Part shown: in pieces, positions 1-11,310 of the stretch
How the letters are laid out: each line of letters begins with the position of its first letter
Position numbering within the stretch: the first letter of the stretch is position 1
Translations under genes and position numbers: made by a program
Notes under the pieces: generated by a model
Seen by the model: the letters and a program-made list of their open reading frames with translations, nothing else
Told to the model about the DNA's origin: nothing
Database searches by the model: none
Source: Camelus dromedarius
Taxonomy: Eukaryota
Direction: 5' to 3'
Length of the DNA: 64,000 nucleotides
Assembly (NCBI RefSeq): GCF_036321535.1
Contig: NC_087436.1
Span: 85,376,001 to 85,440,000 of the forward strand

Positions 1-383
1 AGGAGCAGATCTGTTAAGACCTGGTCTTTAAGAACAGTTTTCTGGAAACAGACTTGGGTTGTGAAAAGAAAAGACTGCATTCAAAAGGAGGTTGCTTAGG
101 GGAGACAGGAGAGAAGGCTTAAAATGATACTGTACTTTACTTACCACTAAAAAACATCAACAATGTCCCTGCGTTTTATTTTCACCCAGCAAAGACTACA
201 GGGCATGCATTAGTTACTCCTTTTAGTACCAGAAGCTGGAGAATCTAAGGACCTGTTCTAGATCCTGGGATGGGTAAGGGGGAGCCAGAGCCCACCTTCA
301 GGCCACCTGCTGGGGCTCCTCTAACACATGAGACCCTGCAGCCGCATCCAGCCGACTTGGCTTCACTGTACTACAGGCCGGAA

Positions 384-386
<3 letters not shown>

Positions 387-415
<29 letters not shown>
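387..415. repeat. Poly(T) run (T29)
   Basis: Seen directly. Confidence 0.95.
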
Positions 416-418
<3 letters not shown>

Positions 419-639
419 ACGGGATGATGCTCTTTTGAGGCTGTGCCCTTGAGTAAACAGCTCCAGTCTATCTGAATCTTAGCTTGTGCCTGACGTGCTT
501 ATGTGGCCTGAATGGGGTTTTTCTTCCTCCCTCTTGAGAGGATTTTCCAAGAGGAGTTTCAAAAATAACCTGCGGTCATATTGAACCTGTGCTCAGCAGC
601 TGAGTGTCAGGAAGATGATGCATGGGAGGAAACAGAACA

Positions 640-875
640 GTGGGGCGGCTAGGAACAGTGGGCTCTGGAGAGTCGGATTGCTTAGATTAAAATCCTTGCT
701 CTGTCTCTTACTCGCTCTGCGGCCTTGGTCCAGATACTTGTCTCTCTAAAGCTCAGTTTCTTCATCTGTAACATGGACTTAGTAAGGGATCGACCCCATG
801 GAGTTGCTGAGAGGGTTAGATGAGATCATGCTTGAGAGACATAGTAAGTGCTTAATACGGTGATTTGTTGTTATT
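640..875 (+). mobile_element. MIR SINE
   Basis: Core CTCAGTTTCTTCATCTGTAA, with CTCTGGAG...AATCC head and CATAGTAAGTGCTTAATA tail. Confidence 0.8.
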
Positions 876-933
876 ACCTTAATTAAAATATGGCTGGAGA
901 AGGATTCCAAATAGTTTTGTGACATTTGAGCTT

Positions 934-951
934 CAGTGCCATCTAGTGGCC
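934..951 (-). promoter_or_regulatory. Candidate CTCF site
   Basis: Minus strand reads GGCCACTAGATGGCACTG, a near-consensus CTCF core. Confidence 0.6.
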
Positions 952-1493
952 GGGACATTTCAGAATGTGCTGTGGGCCTAGATGGTGCACCCAGAGGTGA
1001 CAGAGGGCCTGCTGTTCTGCAGCTGAATGAAATGCTGCTAACTGATTTCAAAGGGGAGTCTTGGGCATGCCAGCCAGGACTGGAAACATTGTGTGACCTC
1101 ATTCCTGTCCTGAGTTGCATAAAGAGTACAACTTTGTCTCTGCAGACAGAACAGGAAGTCAGACCTTGGATCCTCTGGTGCCTTCTCTTCCTTGGACTGG
1201 CCACACAGAGGAACTCTGTGTTTCCAATAGGTGTAGCAGCCTCTTGGAGCAATGCAGACTCCACACGGATTTGCCAGCGTAGTGGTGAGGAATGTGATGA
1301 TGGCCGTCACGTGGTTTGTGACTCATGAACAGGATGACATCAGTAAGGTGCTTAACCTCTTTAAGCCTCTGTGGGTGTGGAGAGAAACGGTACCTACCTT
1401 ACAGAGTTTTCCTGCCAGTGCACATCTGTGCTTAGCATATGCCTGATGCATGGAAGGTGCTCCGTAAACATTAGCCATGCTTAGTTTTCACTT

Positions 1494-2371
1494 ATAAATT
1501 TTTTTTTATTGAGGCATAGTTGATGTACAATATTATATAAATTACAGGTGTGCAATGTAATAATTTATAATTTTTAAAGGTTATACTCAACTTATAGTTA
1601 TAAAATATTGGCTGTATTCCTTGTGTTGTATGATACATCCTTGTAACTTATTTATTTTATATATAATAATTTGTACCTCTTAATCCCCTATCCCTGTCTT
1701 GCCCTCCTCACTTCCCTCTCCCTACTGGTTACCACCAGTTTGTTCTCTACATCTGTGAGCCTGTTTCTTTTTTAGTATATTCACTAGTTCATTTTTCTTT
1801 TAGACTTCACATGTAAGTGATATCATATAGTATTTGTCTTTCTCTAACTTATTTCACTTAGCATAATGCCCTCCAAGTCCATCTGTATTGTTGCCAATGG
1901 AAAAACTTCATTTTTAATGGCAAAGTAATATTCTATTATATATATATATACACACACACAACATCTTCTTTATCCAGTCATCTGTCAGTGGACACTTAGG
2001 TTGCTTCCATGTCTTGGCTATTGTAAATAGTGCTGCTATGAACTTTGGGGTGCATGTATCTTTTCAAATTTGTGTTTTTGTTTTTTTTGGATATATACCC
2101 AGGAGTGGGATTTCTGATTCATACGGTAGTTCTGTTTTTATTTTATTTTATTTTTTTTATTTTTAACATTTTTTATTGATTTATAATCATTTTACAATGT
2201 TGTGTCAAATTCCAGTGTTTGGCACAATTTTTCAGTCATTCATCGACATATACACACTCATTGGCACATTTTTTTCTCTGTGAGTTATCATAACATTTGG
2301 TAGTTCTGTTTTTAGTTCTTTGAGAAACCTCCATACTGTTTTCCACAGTGTCTGCACCAGTATACTTTCCT
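1494..2371 (-). mobile_element. 5'-truncated L1 (ORF2 end + 3' UTR) with 14-bp TSD, containing a nested insertion
   Basis: Antisense L1 hallmarks (GGACACTTAGGTTGCTTCCATGTCTTGGCTATTGTAAATAGTGCTGC); TSD CTTAGTTTTCACTT at 1480-1493 and 2372-2385. Confidence 0.9.
2141..2298 (-). mobile_element. Young L1 3'-end fragment nested in older L1, 16-bp TSD
   Basis: Reverse complement matches 7560-7700 and 26900-27030; TSD GGTAGTTCTGTTTTTA at 2125-2140 and 2299-2314. Confidence 0.9.
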
Positions 2372-2420
2372 CTTAGTTTTCACTTTTTCAGTAGATTCTC
2401 GTGTTAAAGGAGGACCTTTC

Positions 2421-2578
2421 TTCTGTTTCTCTCTATCAGAATATAAACTCCACAAGGGTAGGGATTTTGTCTATTCTGCTTAGTACAGCGTCTCCATTGC
2501 CTAGAACAGTTCCTGGTGCATGGTCGGCACATGTAAATATTTGTTGAATGAATAAATAAATAAATTTTAAAAGAAAAA
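2421..2578 (+). mobile_element. L2 3'-end fragment with A-tail, bounded by a 15-bp TSD
   Basis: L2 terminus (CCTAGAACAGTTCCTGG...TAAATATTTGTTGAATGAAT); direct repeat AAAGGAGGACCTTTC at 2406-2420 and 2579-2593. Confidence 0.8.
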
Positions 2579-4415
2579 AAAGGAGGACCTTTCATTTATT
2601 CATTCAGTCATTCGGTGGACATATATTAAGAACCTACTATGTAGCAGAACTTAGCTAGATGAAGTCATGCATAAAACAGACACAGCTCCTCATGGTTTGG
2701 GTGATGGGCATTAAACAGGCGATTCCCAGGGGAGCTGTGTGTCACTGAGCTCCAGTTGTAGACCTTCCATGTACAGAGGACCTTCCATTGCATCATAGAC
2801 AGTGTCGATTTCTGCAAATTTACATGACACTTTTAAAGTAGATGGGAGTTAAGTTCCTTGTTCTTAAAAAAAAAAAGTATATTACAGTGATTTTTCAGAA
2901 TATGAAGGTAAAGTGCTTTGAGGAAGGTAATTTGCCTAAAGGGACTGTGTGGGCTGGTGGTGGACCTGGAAATTACGCTGACGTAGACTTGGATTCCCCC
3001 ATTATTATGGCTTTGGTGGCTCAGGTGACCAGTTTTACCTTGTTGAAAGGCTAAAGATCATCCTGTTTATTTTTTACATGTCTGTATAATCCATTTAGTC
3101 CTCTTCCTCCTCCACCTTTTCTCCACATTAGCCTTATGTTTCTGAACATTTTCTGCCTTCAGTTCACAGGAATTTATCCAGCTCCCAAAGTCCCTCTTCT
3201 TTCAGAAAACCACTCTGCAATATGTATTAGAGTTGGAATAATTCTTCTAGGCTAAGTCCTAAAGCAGAGATGTCTATGAAGGGCTTGGTGAGGGGTGTGG
3301 GGGAGAAGAGAAAATAGCTGTGTATGCTTGGGGAAACATATTCAGTATGATAATGTGTTAGGTAATATATCAAGCGATATCATACTGTATGCATGAAATA
3401 GTCTGTACGATACTGAACAATAGAAAGTAAGCGTTCTTTTCATTATATAATCAACAAAATTTTCCTGCCTAGAAGATAGATAAACCCTTTAGGGATTCTT
3501 GGGACTGTTCCCGTACAGGGGAGCATACTAAACTCTAGTTGAGACAGTGAGATAATGTATTTTTTTCATTTATCAAAATGGAACATGGATTAAAACAAAA
3601 TTGGCCAAGAAACCTAAAGGCTGGAAAATGTCTGTTTATCTTCAGATATCTCCTCAATGGACATTGCTTGGGAATTCCCAAAGTAACAGCAACAGCGATG
3701 ATGGTGGTGACGCTGATTCTGTGCCAGCCTCTCTGCTGGGAACATACCGCACAGTACCTTGTCACCTCATCACCTCTTCCCCTCTTCGAGGAGGAAGGTA
3801 AGAAGTGTTGTGGTGGGAAGACGGCTCCTGGGGCTGCTTCAGCCCGGCTCAATGACTTTCCTGGGGTCACTTACTCTTTTCTCTCCCGGCCCTGCATGCC
3901 TACTTCGGTGCTCTTTGCTGCCTGAATAGCAGGCACCTTCCTTGATCCTACTTGGCAGTCGTTTTCATAAATTCGTTTCCCTTCATGTCAGTGTGTTCTG
4001 CAGCCTCTACAGGATAATTAAAAAGTTAATTTTATAATAGTTAATATTAGTGTAGCTTTTCAAGGTCAGAGTCTTCTCCCCAAATCCTACTTTTTTATTT
4101 CCTTCTTAGCCTCTATTGTTGAGCATTTCTGCAAAAGGAGTTTCTGTTTACACACCGCTGGCAGGGAGAGAACAGAATCTTTCCTACACAGTTGTTTTTT
4201 GACTTTAAAAATATTTGGCTTAAAAATGTGTTTTTGTGGGATCTTCTTTTTTCATTTTGTTCTGTAGGACTGGTTTGTTGCTGCTGATCAACTTTTGCCT
4301 AAAAGTTCCTGTTACTAAATAGATTTCCAGTAGATCCTAGACTGAGATGATGTACTTTTAGAATGTCTTTCTAGGTATATTAGGGAAGAAATAGCTATGT
4401 ACTTAAAATAAAGCT

Positions 4416-4683
4416 AATTAGACATAGAAAACAAACTTATGGTTACCAGGGGAGAAAGGGGGTGGGAAGGGATAAATTGGGAGTTTGAGATTTGCAGATA
4501 AACTACTATATATAAAATAGATAAACAACAAGTTTATACTGGCTAGCACAGGGAACTATATTCAATATCATGTAGTAACCTATAATGAAACAGAATATGA
4601 ATATATGTATGTATATGTATGACTGAAACATGCTGTACGCCAGAAATTGACACATTATAAACTGACTATACTTCAATAAAAAG
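4416..4683 (+). mobile_element. L1 3'-UTR fragment (artiodactyl-type) with 13-bp TSD
   Basis: AAACTTATGGTTACCAGGGG...AGCACAGGGAACTATATTCAATATC...CAATAAA; TSD TTAAAATAAAGCT at 4403-4415 and 4684-4696. Confidence 0.88.
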
Positions 4684-5804
4684 TTAAAATAAAGCTGTTT
4701 AGGTATTGGCCTTTAGCTTGTGTTCTCCAAAGCATAACAATCATCTAAAGTCTCATTCAAAGTCCTTTATGCTCCAAATGGGCATCTCTGGTTGCATCAG
4801 ATGCCCTCCTGTATCTCTCCATCTGCAACTCAAACTCTGGTTTACTTGATACTGTGATATGGCATCTCTTTATTCTGTGAAGGGTGGCATTTTAAAGGGC
4901 TGTACTTGAATCTATTTTTTGGTGGTGGTGTTGGGGACAGTTAAGGTTCCTGCTTCCCCTGATGGCTTACACAGGAAGCTTAAGGCGTAATCAGACTATA
5001 AAATCCTGACCAGAGAGGAGATCGTAATTTCAGCTACAGACTAAGCAGATAACAGACGACGGCTGTTCACTAATCAGAAAGATAAGGGAATGAGTTTGAT
5101 TCCTCATTAAAAGCTTCATGGTTTAAGTCTTTAAAAAAAAAAAAAGAGCTCTGGGTCTTTGCTTATTAAGTTACATAAACAGAGTGCAGGGCCACGGGGG
5201 AGAATGGAGACTCTCGGTGCGACCTATAATTAGAAATTTTCCACACAGAGAATAAAAACAGAGACTGGATGCCACTTCCTGACCCCACTCTCCCAAACAG
5301 GCTAAGCCATTGGTGGGAGGCAGATAAGAAAACACCCAGGAAAGGAAACCCGAGGAGGCAGTCGGCCTGTTTGCTCTGATGTGACTCAGCTCAAGATCCC
5401 TGCATGGAACAGGCCCTTGTAGTTTAAATCACTTCCGAGGCAACTGTAAGAAGAAAGGCCTCCCAGGGCCACGCTGCGCTGGGGAAGAGTGGTTGCCGTG
5501 TGAGTCCCGGGTGTAAGGCAGGGATCAGAATCCTGCTCTCCCACTTTTTTGTTATGTGGCTCTGGGAAAACATGTTCACTCTTCTGAGCCTCCGTTTCTT
5601 CTTCTGCGTCTTCCTCCTGTGTATCCTTATAGAGCCTTAAATGGCATGAGAATATTGACCCTACCGGTTTGTTGGTAGGTTCCATGAGTCAATAGGCTGG
5701 TGAACTATTTGAGGACAGAGATTGCCTGTCAAGCTTATAACACTGTGGCTGACATATAGTAAATGCTCAATTAATATTAACTAAAAAAAATGTTTAAAAA
5801 ATCC

Positions 5805-6972
5805 TAGCATGGGTGGAGAAAAGGGCACCCTCTTGCACTGTTGGGGGGAATGTAAATTAGTGCAGTCACTATGGAAAATAGTGTGGAGATTCCTCAAAAA
5901 ATTAAAAATAGCACTACCATAGGATCCAGCAATTCCACTTCTGGGTATTTATCTGAAGAAAATGAAAACACTAATTCAAAAAGATACATGAACCCCAGTG
6001 TTCATTGCAGCATTATTTATAATAGCCAAGAAGTGGAAGTGACCTAAGTGTCCATCAATAGCTGAATGGATAAAGAAGATGTAGTATGCATACACAATTG
6101 AGTATTATTCAGCCATAAACAAGAATGAAATCTTGCCACTTGCCACAATGTGGATGGACCTAGAGAGTATTATGCTAAGTTAAATAAGTCAGACAGAGAA
6201 AGGCAAATACTGTCTGATTTCACCTATATATGGAATCTAAAAAGCAACACAAATGAACAAATATAACTGAACAGAGACAGAGTCAGAGATACAGGAGGAA
6301 ACAGATGTTACCAGAGGGGAGGAGGATAAGGGAAGGAGAGAAATTGGTGAGGGAGATTAAGAGGTACAAACTTTCAGTTACAAAATAAGTGAGTCACTGG
6401 TATGAAATGTACAGTGTGGGGGAATATAGTCTATAGTCAATAATTGTGTAATATCTTTTTATGATTGACAGGTGACAACTAGATTTATCATGGTGATAAT
6501 TTTGAAATGTATAGAAATATCAAATGACTGTATTGTGTACCAGGAACTAACATTGTTGTAGGTCAATTATACTTCAAAAACAAGCAGACAAAGCCATAGA
6601 AAGAGATCAGATTTGTGGCTACAGAGGTGGGAGAGGTGAGGGGGGGGAGTCTAGGAAGGCAGTCAAAAGGTACCAACTTCCAGTTATAAGATAAATAAAT
6701 ACTAGGGACATAAGGTACAACATGATGAAAGTAATTAACACTGCTGTACTTTATATATGAAAGTAAAGAGAGAAAATCCTGAGTTCTCATCAGAAGGAAA
6801 AAATGTATATATTTTCTATTTCTTTAACGTTATATCTATACGAGATGATGGATGTTCACTAAATCTATTGTGGTGATCATTTCATGATGCACGTAAGTCA
6901 GATTATTATGCTGTATACCTAAATTTGCACAGTGCTCTATGTCAATCATATCTCAATAAAACTGGAAGAAAA
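5805..6972 (+). mobile_element. Older L1 (L1MA-like) ORF2 end and two tandem 3'-UTR segments
   Basis: GATCCAGCAATTCCACTTCTGGGTATTTATC, AAGTGTCCATCAATAGCTGAATGGATAAAGAA; ends TCTCAATAAAACTGGAAGAAAAA. Confidence 0.85.
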
Positions 6973-7067
6973 ATACTAGTCTGGTGACTGGCACATAACA
7001 GGTGCTGGTTAGAATTTTGGTCCTATTTCCCCAGTACATTTTTTTTTCCTTAAAAAAGATGTCACTA

Positions 7068-7797
7068 CTACAGATAGACTTACCATATGACCCAGTAATC
7101 CCGCTTCTGGGCATATATCCAAAAGGAACCCTACTCCAAAAAGACACCTGCACCCCAATGTTCATAGCAGTACTATTTACAATAGCCAAGACATGGAAAC
7201 AGCCTAAATGTCCATCAACAGATGACTGGATAAAGAAGAAGTGGCATATTTATACAATGGAATACTATTCAGCCATAAAAACTGACAACATAACGCCATT
7301 TGCAGCAACATGGATGTTCCTGGAGAATGTCACTCTAAGTGAAATAAGCCAGAAAGAGAAAGAAAAATACCATATGAGATCGCTCATATGTGGAATCTAA
7401 AAAAAAAAGAACATAAGTACAAAACAGAAACAGACTCATAGACATGGAATACAAACTTGTGGTTGCCAAGGGGACTGGGGGTAGGAAGGGACAGACTGGG
7501 ATTTCAAAATGTAGAATAGATAAACAAGATTATACTGTATAGCACAGGGAAATATATACAAGATCTTGTGGTAGCTCACATTGAAAAAATGTGACAATGA
7601 GTATATGTATGTTCACGTATAACTGAAAAATTGTGCTCTACACTTGAATTTAACACAACATTGTAAAATGACTGTAACTCAATAAAAAATGTTAAAAATA
7701 AAATAAAATAAAATAAAATAAAATAAAATAAAATAAAATAAAATAAAATAATGTTTTGGCTAGACAAAATGTATGTATAGGCCAGATTAAAAAGAAA
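7068..7797 (+). mobile_element. Young 5'-truncated L1 (intact ORF2 C-terminal frame, 3' UTR, (TAAAA)n tail, short extra 3' segment) with 16-bp TSD
   Basis: ORF 7002..7400 gives [15 protein letters not shown]...[30 protein letters not shown] (L1 ORF2 C-terminus); TSD AAAAAAGATGTCACTA at 7052-7067 and 7798-7813. Confidence 0.95.
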
Positions 7798-8024
7798 AAA
7801 AAAGATGTCACTAATTAATTGAATGACTTTACATAAGTTTCTTAACCTCTCTGGGCCTAATTTTTCACCTGTAAAAAGAAGTTAGAGTAGTTGCTCTATC
7901 TGATAAAGATTTGCTCTTTTCAAAAATCAGATCTACCCCCAACGGAGGCCAATCTCTGATGAATAATTGTAGCTTTGGAGCTTGGTTTAAAAGCAGTTGG
8001 TGTAAGAAGAAAAACCTTAACATT

Positions 8025-8201
8025 TTATTTATTTTTTAAAAATATTTTATTTATTTATTATTGTATTATTTAATTGTTTTATTTTGTTGGGGTGGTAGGG
8101 GAAAGTAATTAGGTTTATTTTTAGAAAGGTGCTGGGGAGTGAACCCAGGACCTTGTGCATGCTAAGTATGCACTCTACCCCTGAGCTATACCCTGACCCC
8201 C
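8025..8201 (-). mobile_element. tRNA-derived SINE (camelid vic-1-like) with 13-bp TSD
   Basis: Minus strand GGGTATAGCTCAGGGGTAGAGTGCATACTTAGCATGCACAAGGTCCTGGGTTCACTCCCCAGC (Pol III A/B boxes) with A-rich tail; TSD AAACCTTAACATT at 8012-8024 and 8202-8214. Confidence 0.88.
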
Positions 8202-9289
8202 AAACCTTAACATTCTGACTTAACATTCAATTTCACATGAAGAATTCTCTATTCCACCTTGGATAGTCCTGGATAGTCTCCATATCCCATCCAGTGAGTG
8301 TACTTTGCGCTCTCCAAAGTGTTCGGATGTGGAAGAGAAAGTCACAGAACTATGAATGACAAGGGAACGGGCTGCCTGGCAAGCTCTCTGGCTGGAGGTT
8401 AGGCACAGTCCCCTGCACTCTGCACTGGCCAAAGCAGCCATCCTGGACATGCTGTCAGGTTCTGGGACCCAGAGAAGCTCCAGCATAATTGGAGGTTTCT
8501 AGAACTACGTTATATGAGGAACACCATTAGGGATGTGGGATGCTTCGCTTAGAGAAAGCTCTCATGTGATAGTGGTAGCTGAGATAAATGCTTTCAAACC
8601 ATCAGGACTCTTCCAAGTGGCACCAGAAGGCCAAACAAGGGCCAGCGAGAGGCCCACCGATGAGAACCGTGTTCAGGTAGTTGTGTCCCATCCACGCAGT
8701 GCTGCCAGCCCTTGTGTCAGGATGTGGGACTCCATCCACGATATGCTACTACATTTTTTAAAAGCTGGTGGCAGAGGTATGTATACAGTCTGATCCCATT
8801 TATGTAAAAATGCATGTGTATATTTTGTGTATAAACAGAAAATAAGTAAGTAGAATGGAAAGACCACTGTTAAGAAGAGGTACCCCTGGGGAATGGAATT
8901 TGGTGCAGTGTAGCAGGAGAATTAATGCTTTGCTTTACAAACTTTCATAATACTTCACATTACGAACTGCTGGATCATTTGAATTATCATGACTTTTTTT
9001 AAAGACTAAATGAGAGAAAAGTTGTAGTGAGAGAAAGTAACATATAATGTAAGGAAGAGAATTAGAACCATCAGAACTCAAAAGACAATTGTCAGTCACC
9101 TTTGGAACTACTGAGTTCCCCATCTCTGAAGATAATCCAAGACTTCCTTTAATGGTTACACTTATAACCATTTTAAACCATAATCCTGCACTGAAAAGCA
9201 GGAGTTAGGCTATTACTATTACTCTGTTACGAGACTTCCTCTGTTTAATGTTGTTTCTGTTATTCTTTTTTAGTTGTAGGATTATCATG

Positions 9290-9480
9290 GGCTATTTCCT
9301 GAGTAGCTACTGTGTTGTTAGATATTGTGCTTTGCATACACAATCTCATATAATTTTCACAATAATGCATGATAACATTATTATTATTTCCATTTTATGG
9401 ATGAGGAAACTGAGGCCAAGAGAGGTAAAGCAACTTGTTCAGTGTCACAGAGCAAGAAGTGTGGTAGAGATTTGGAGTGT
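9290..9480 (-). mobile_element. MIR SINE
   Basis: CCATTTTATGGATGAGGAAACTGAGGC...CAACTTGTTCAGTGTCACA. Confidence 0.8.
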
Positions 9481-10754
9481 CAGCTCTCTAACATTAATTC
9501 GAACCCCCCCCCATCAATTACATCCAAAAAAGTGACCTTGGTAATTGCCTCCTCTCTAAAGACAGTTTCTGATTAATCCAAGCCAACAACTGTAATAAAA
9601 TTTTTTAATTAACATTTTTTCTACTCATTATAACTAGTATGATGATTTGGAACTTGTTCGTGTGTTTTTTTGGGTTAATCTTTCTGAGGAAATGACCTTG
9701 ACCATGGTGGGACAGGCTGGGCATTCATCTGCCTGGGTGGGTAGGGTGGGAAAACGCGAGGGGAGGGTGTGGAGATTGGAAACCTTATGTATATAGAATG
9801 CAAAGACAAAGGTGCCAGTAACAGTCCCTCCTGACTTGCAAATAAAGTTGAATTCTGCCTGAAGACAGCTATTGTTTTGAGGAAGGCTTTTCTAAATTCC
9901 TTCATTTCCCCCTAAAATACACGGAGGAAAAGGCCTTGCTTTCTCGACTAGGGATGAGAAAGCCCAGTTACTAGGCTTGTTGCTCTATCATGTAACACCA
10001 GGTAGTGAAGGACCATCCCACCCCTTCCCAGCCCTGAGGAGCGATGGGAAGAGAAGCAGGCAGGGGAGGAAGGGGAGAGGTGAGAAGCAGGCACCTGTCC
10101 CCTCTGGGAGGTAACTTCTGAGGGAGGTTATGTGTGAAAAGCAGGCAGAGAAGTTTCAGGGAGCCTGAGGGCTGGGGCCTTGTCCGGCTTTGTGGGCACA
10201 GATGGGCCAATTGTCGTCTCTGTAGAGAGGCCCTCAGTGCGTCAGACACTGGAAAAAATGGGTGGCCTTTGGACTTAAGATCTGAGGGAGGCTTCTGGTG
10301 GAACAGAGTTCCCAGTTTCCTGAGGCACTGAGGCTAGAGTGGTAGGCTGTCCAGAGAACCCCATGGGCCTGGGCTGCAGAGTAGGTCACAGCAGGTGGTC
10401 AACTGAGGGAGGCTGGCTGGCTTCCTCCTGACCCCTCTCAGACCTGCTTGTGGACTGGAGGACCATGTCAGTGGAACAAATGGAGGCTTGGCCTCTGTAA
10501 GAACACTGAGGTCAGGAAGTTGAGGATGCTTGTTTGGGTACCTGAAGACTGCTGAAGGACCCCAAAGTTGACGCAGACTGAGCTCACTGAAGAGCAGCAC
10601 CAGGCCACGGGGCTCCTGCTCATCAAAGTTAAGAAGAGGGGAAGTCATACTCCTTTGTCCACACATCCAGGCCCCTCCAGACCTCACTCAGACCCCACCC
10701 AGCCAGGGAGGGGCCGGAGGGCTGAGAAATCTGAGGTTGAGCATTATCTGGAGT

Positions 10755-11310
10755 GGCACTGTGCAACAGAGCATTCTGCAATGATGCAGATGTTCTAAAT
10801 GTCCATTATGGTGGCCATGAGCCCCGTGTGGCTGTTAAGCACTTGAAACGTGCCTAGTGACCCTGAGAAAATGAAATATTTTTCAATTTTAATAATTATC
10901 TTTTATAGTAAAAAACAATTTAACAACATGAAAGGAGAATTTAAAATGGAAAAGAGTACCACTCATTATCCTTACACCCTTATATGAAGTTGTTTGTATA
11001 TTCTCTTTGAGTCTCTTTTCTCCTGCATATATTTTTACATTTTCAAAATCATAGAACACATACAAGATAAAAATCAACTTTTAATTATTTTATCTCTAGG
11101 GATATCTAGGAAGAGAGCTTAAATATTTATGAGTAAAGGGCAGTGAAAATAAACTTTGTTTCTTTTTTTTTTCTGAGAATTATTTTAAAGAATTAAAAGG
11201 GAAATCAAATCATATAGCTGTGTGGGGAATTGAATTTTAAATGTGAACTAATTAGCATTTAAAAGTAAATAGCCACAAGTGGCTAGTGGCTACCATCCTG
11301 GACAGTGAAT
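10755..11310. mobile_element. MER3-like hAT/Charlie DNA transposon relic split by intervening AT-rich sequence
   Basis: 5' part TTCTGCAATGATG...GTGGCTGTTAAGCACTTGAAA (to about 10870); 3' part AAATAGCCACAAGTGGCTAGTGGCTACCATCCTGGACAG (about 11265-11306). Confidence 0.7.

Noticed and set aside
7002..7400. 132-aa ORF that looks like a real protein
   Set aside because: It is the L1 ORF2 C-terminus within a truncated insertion, not a host gene.
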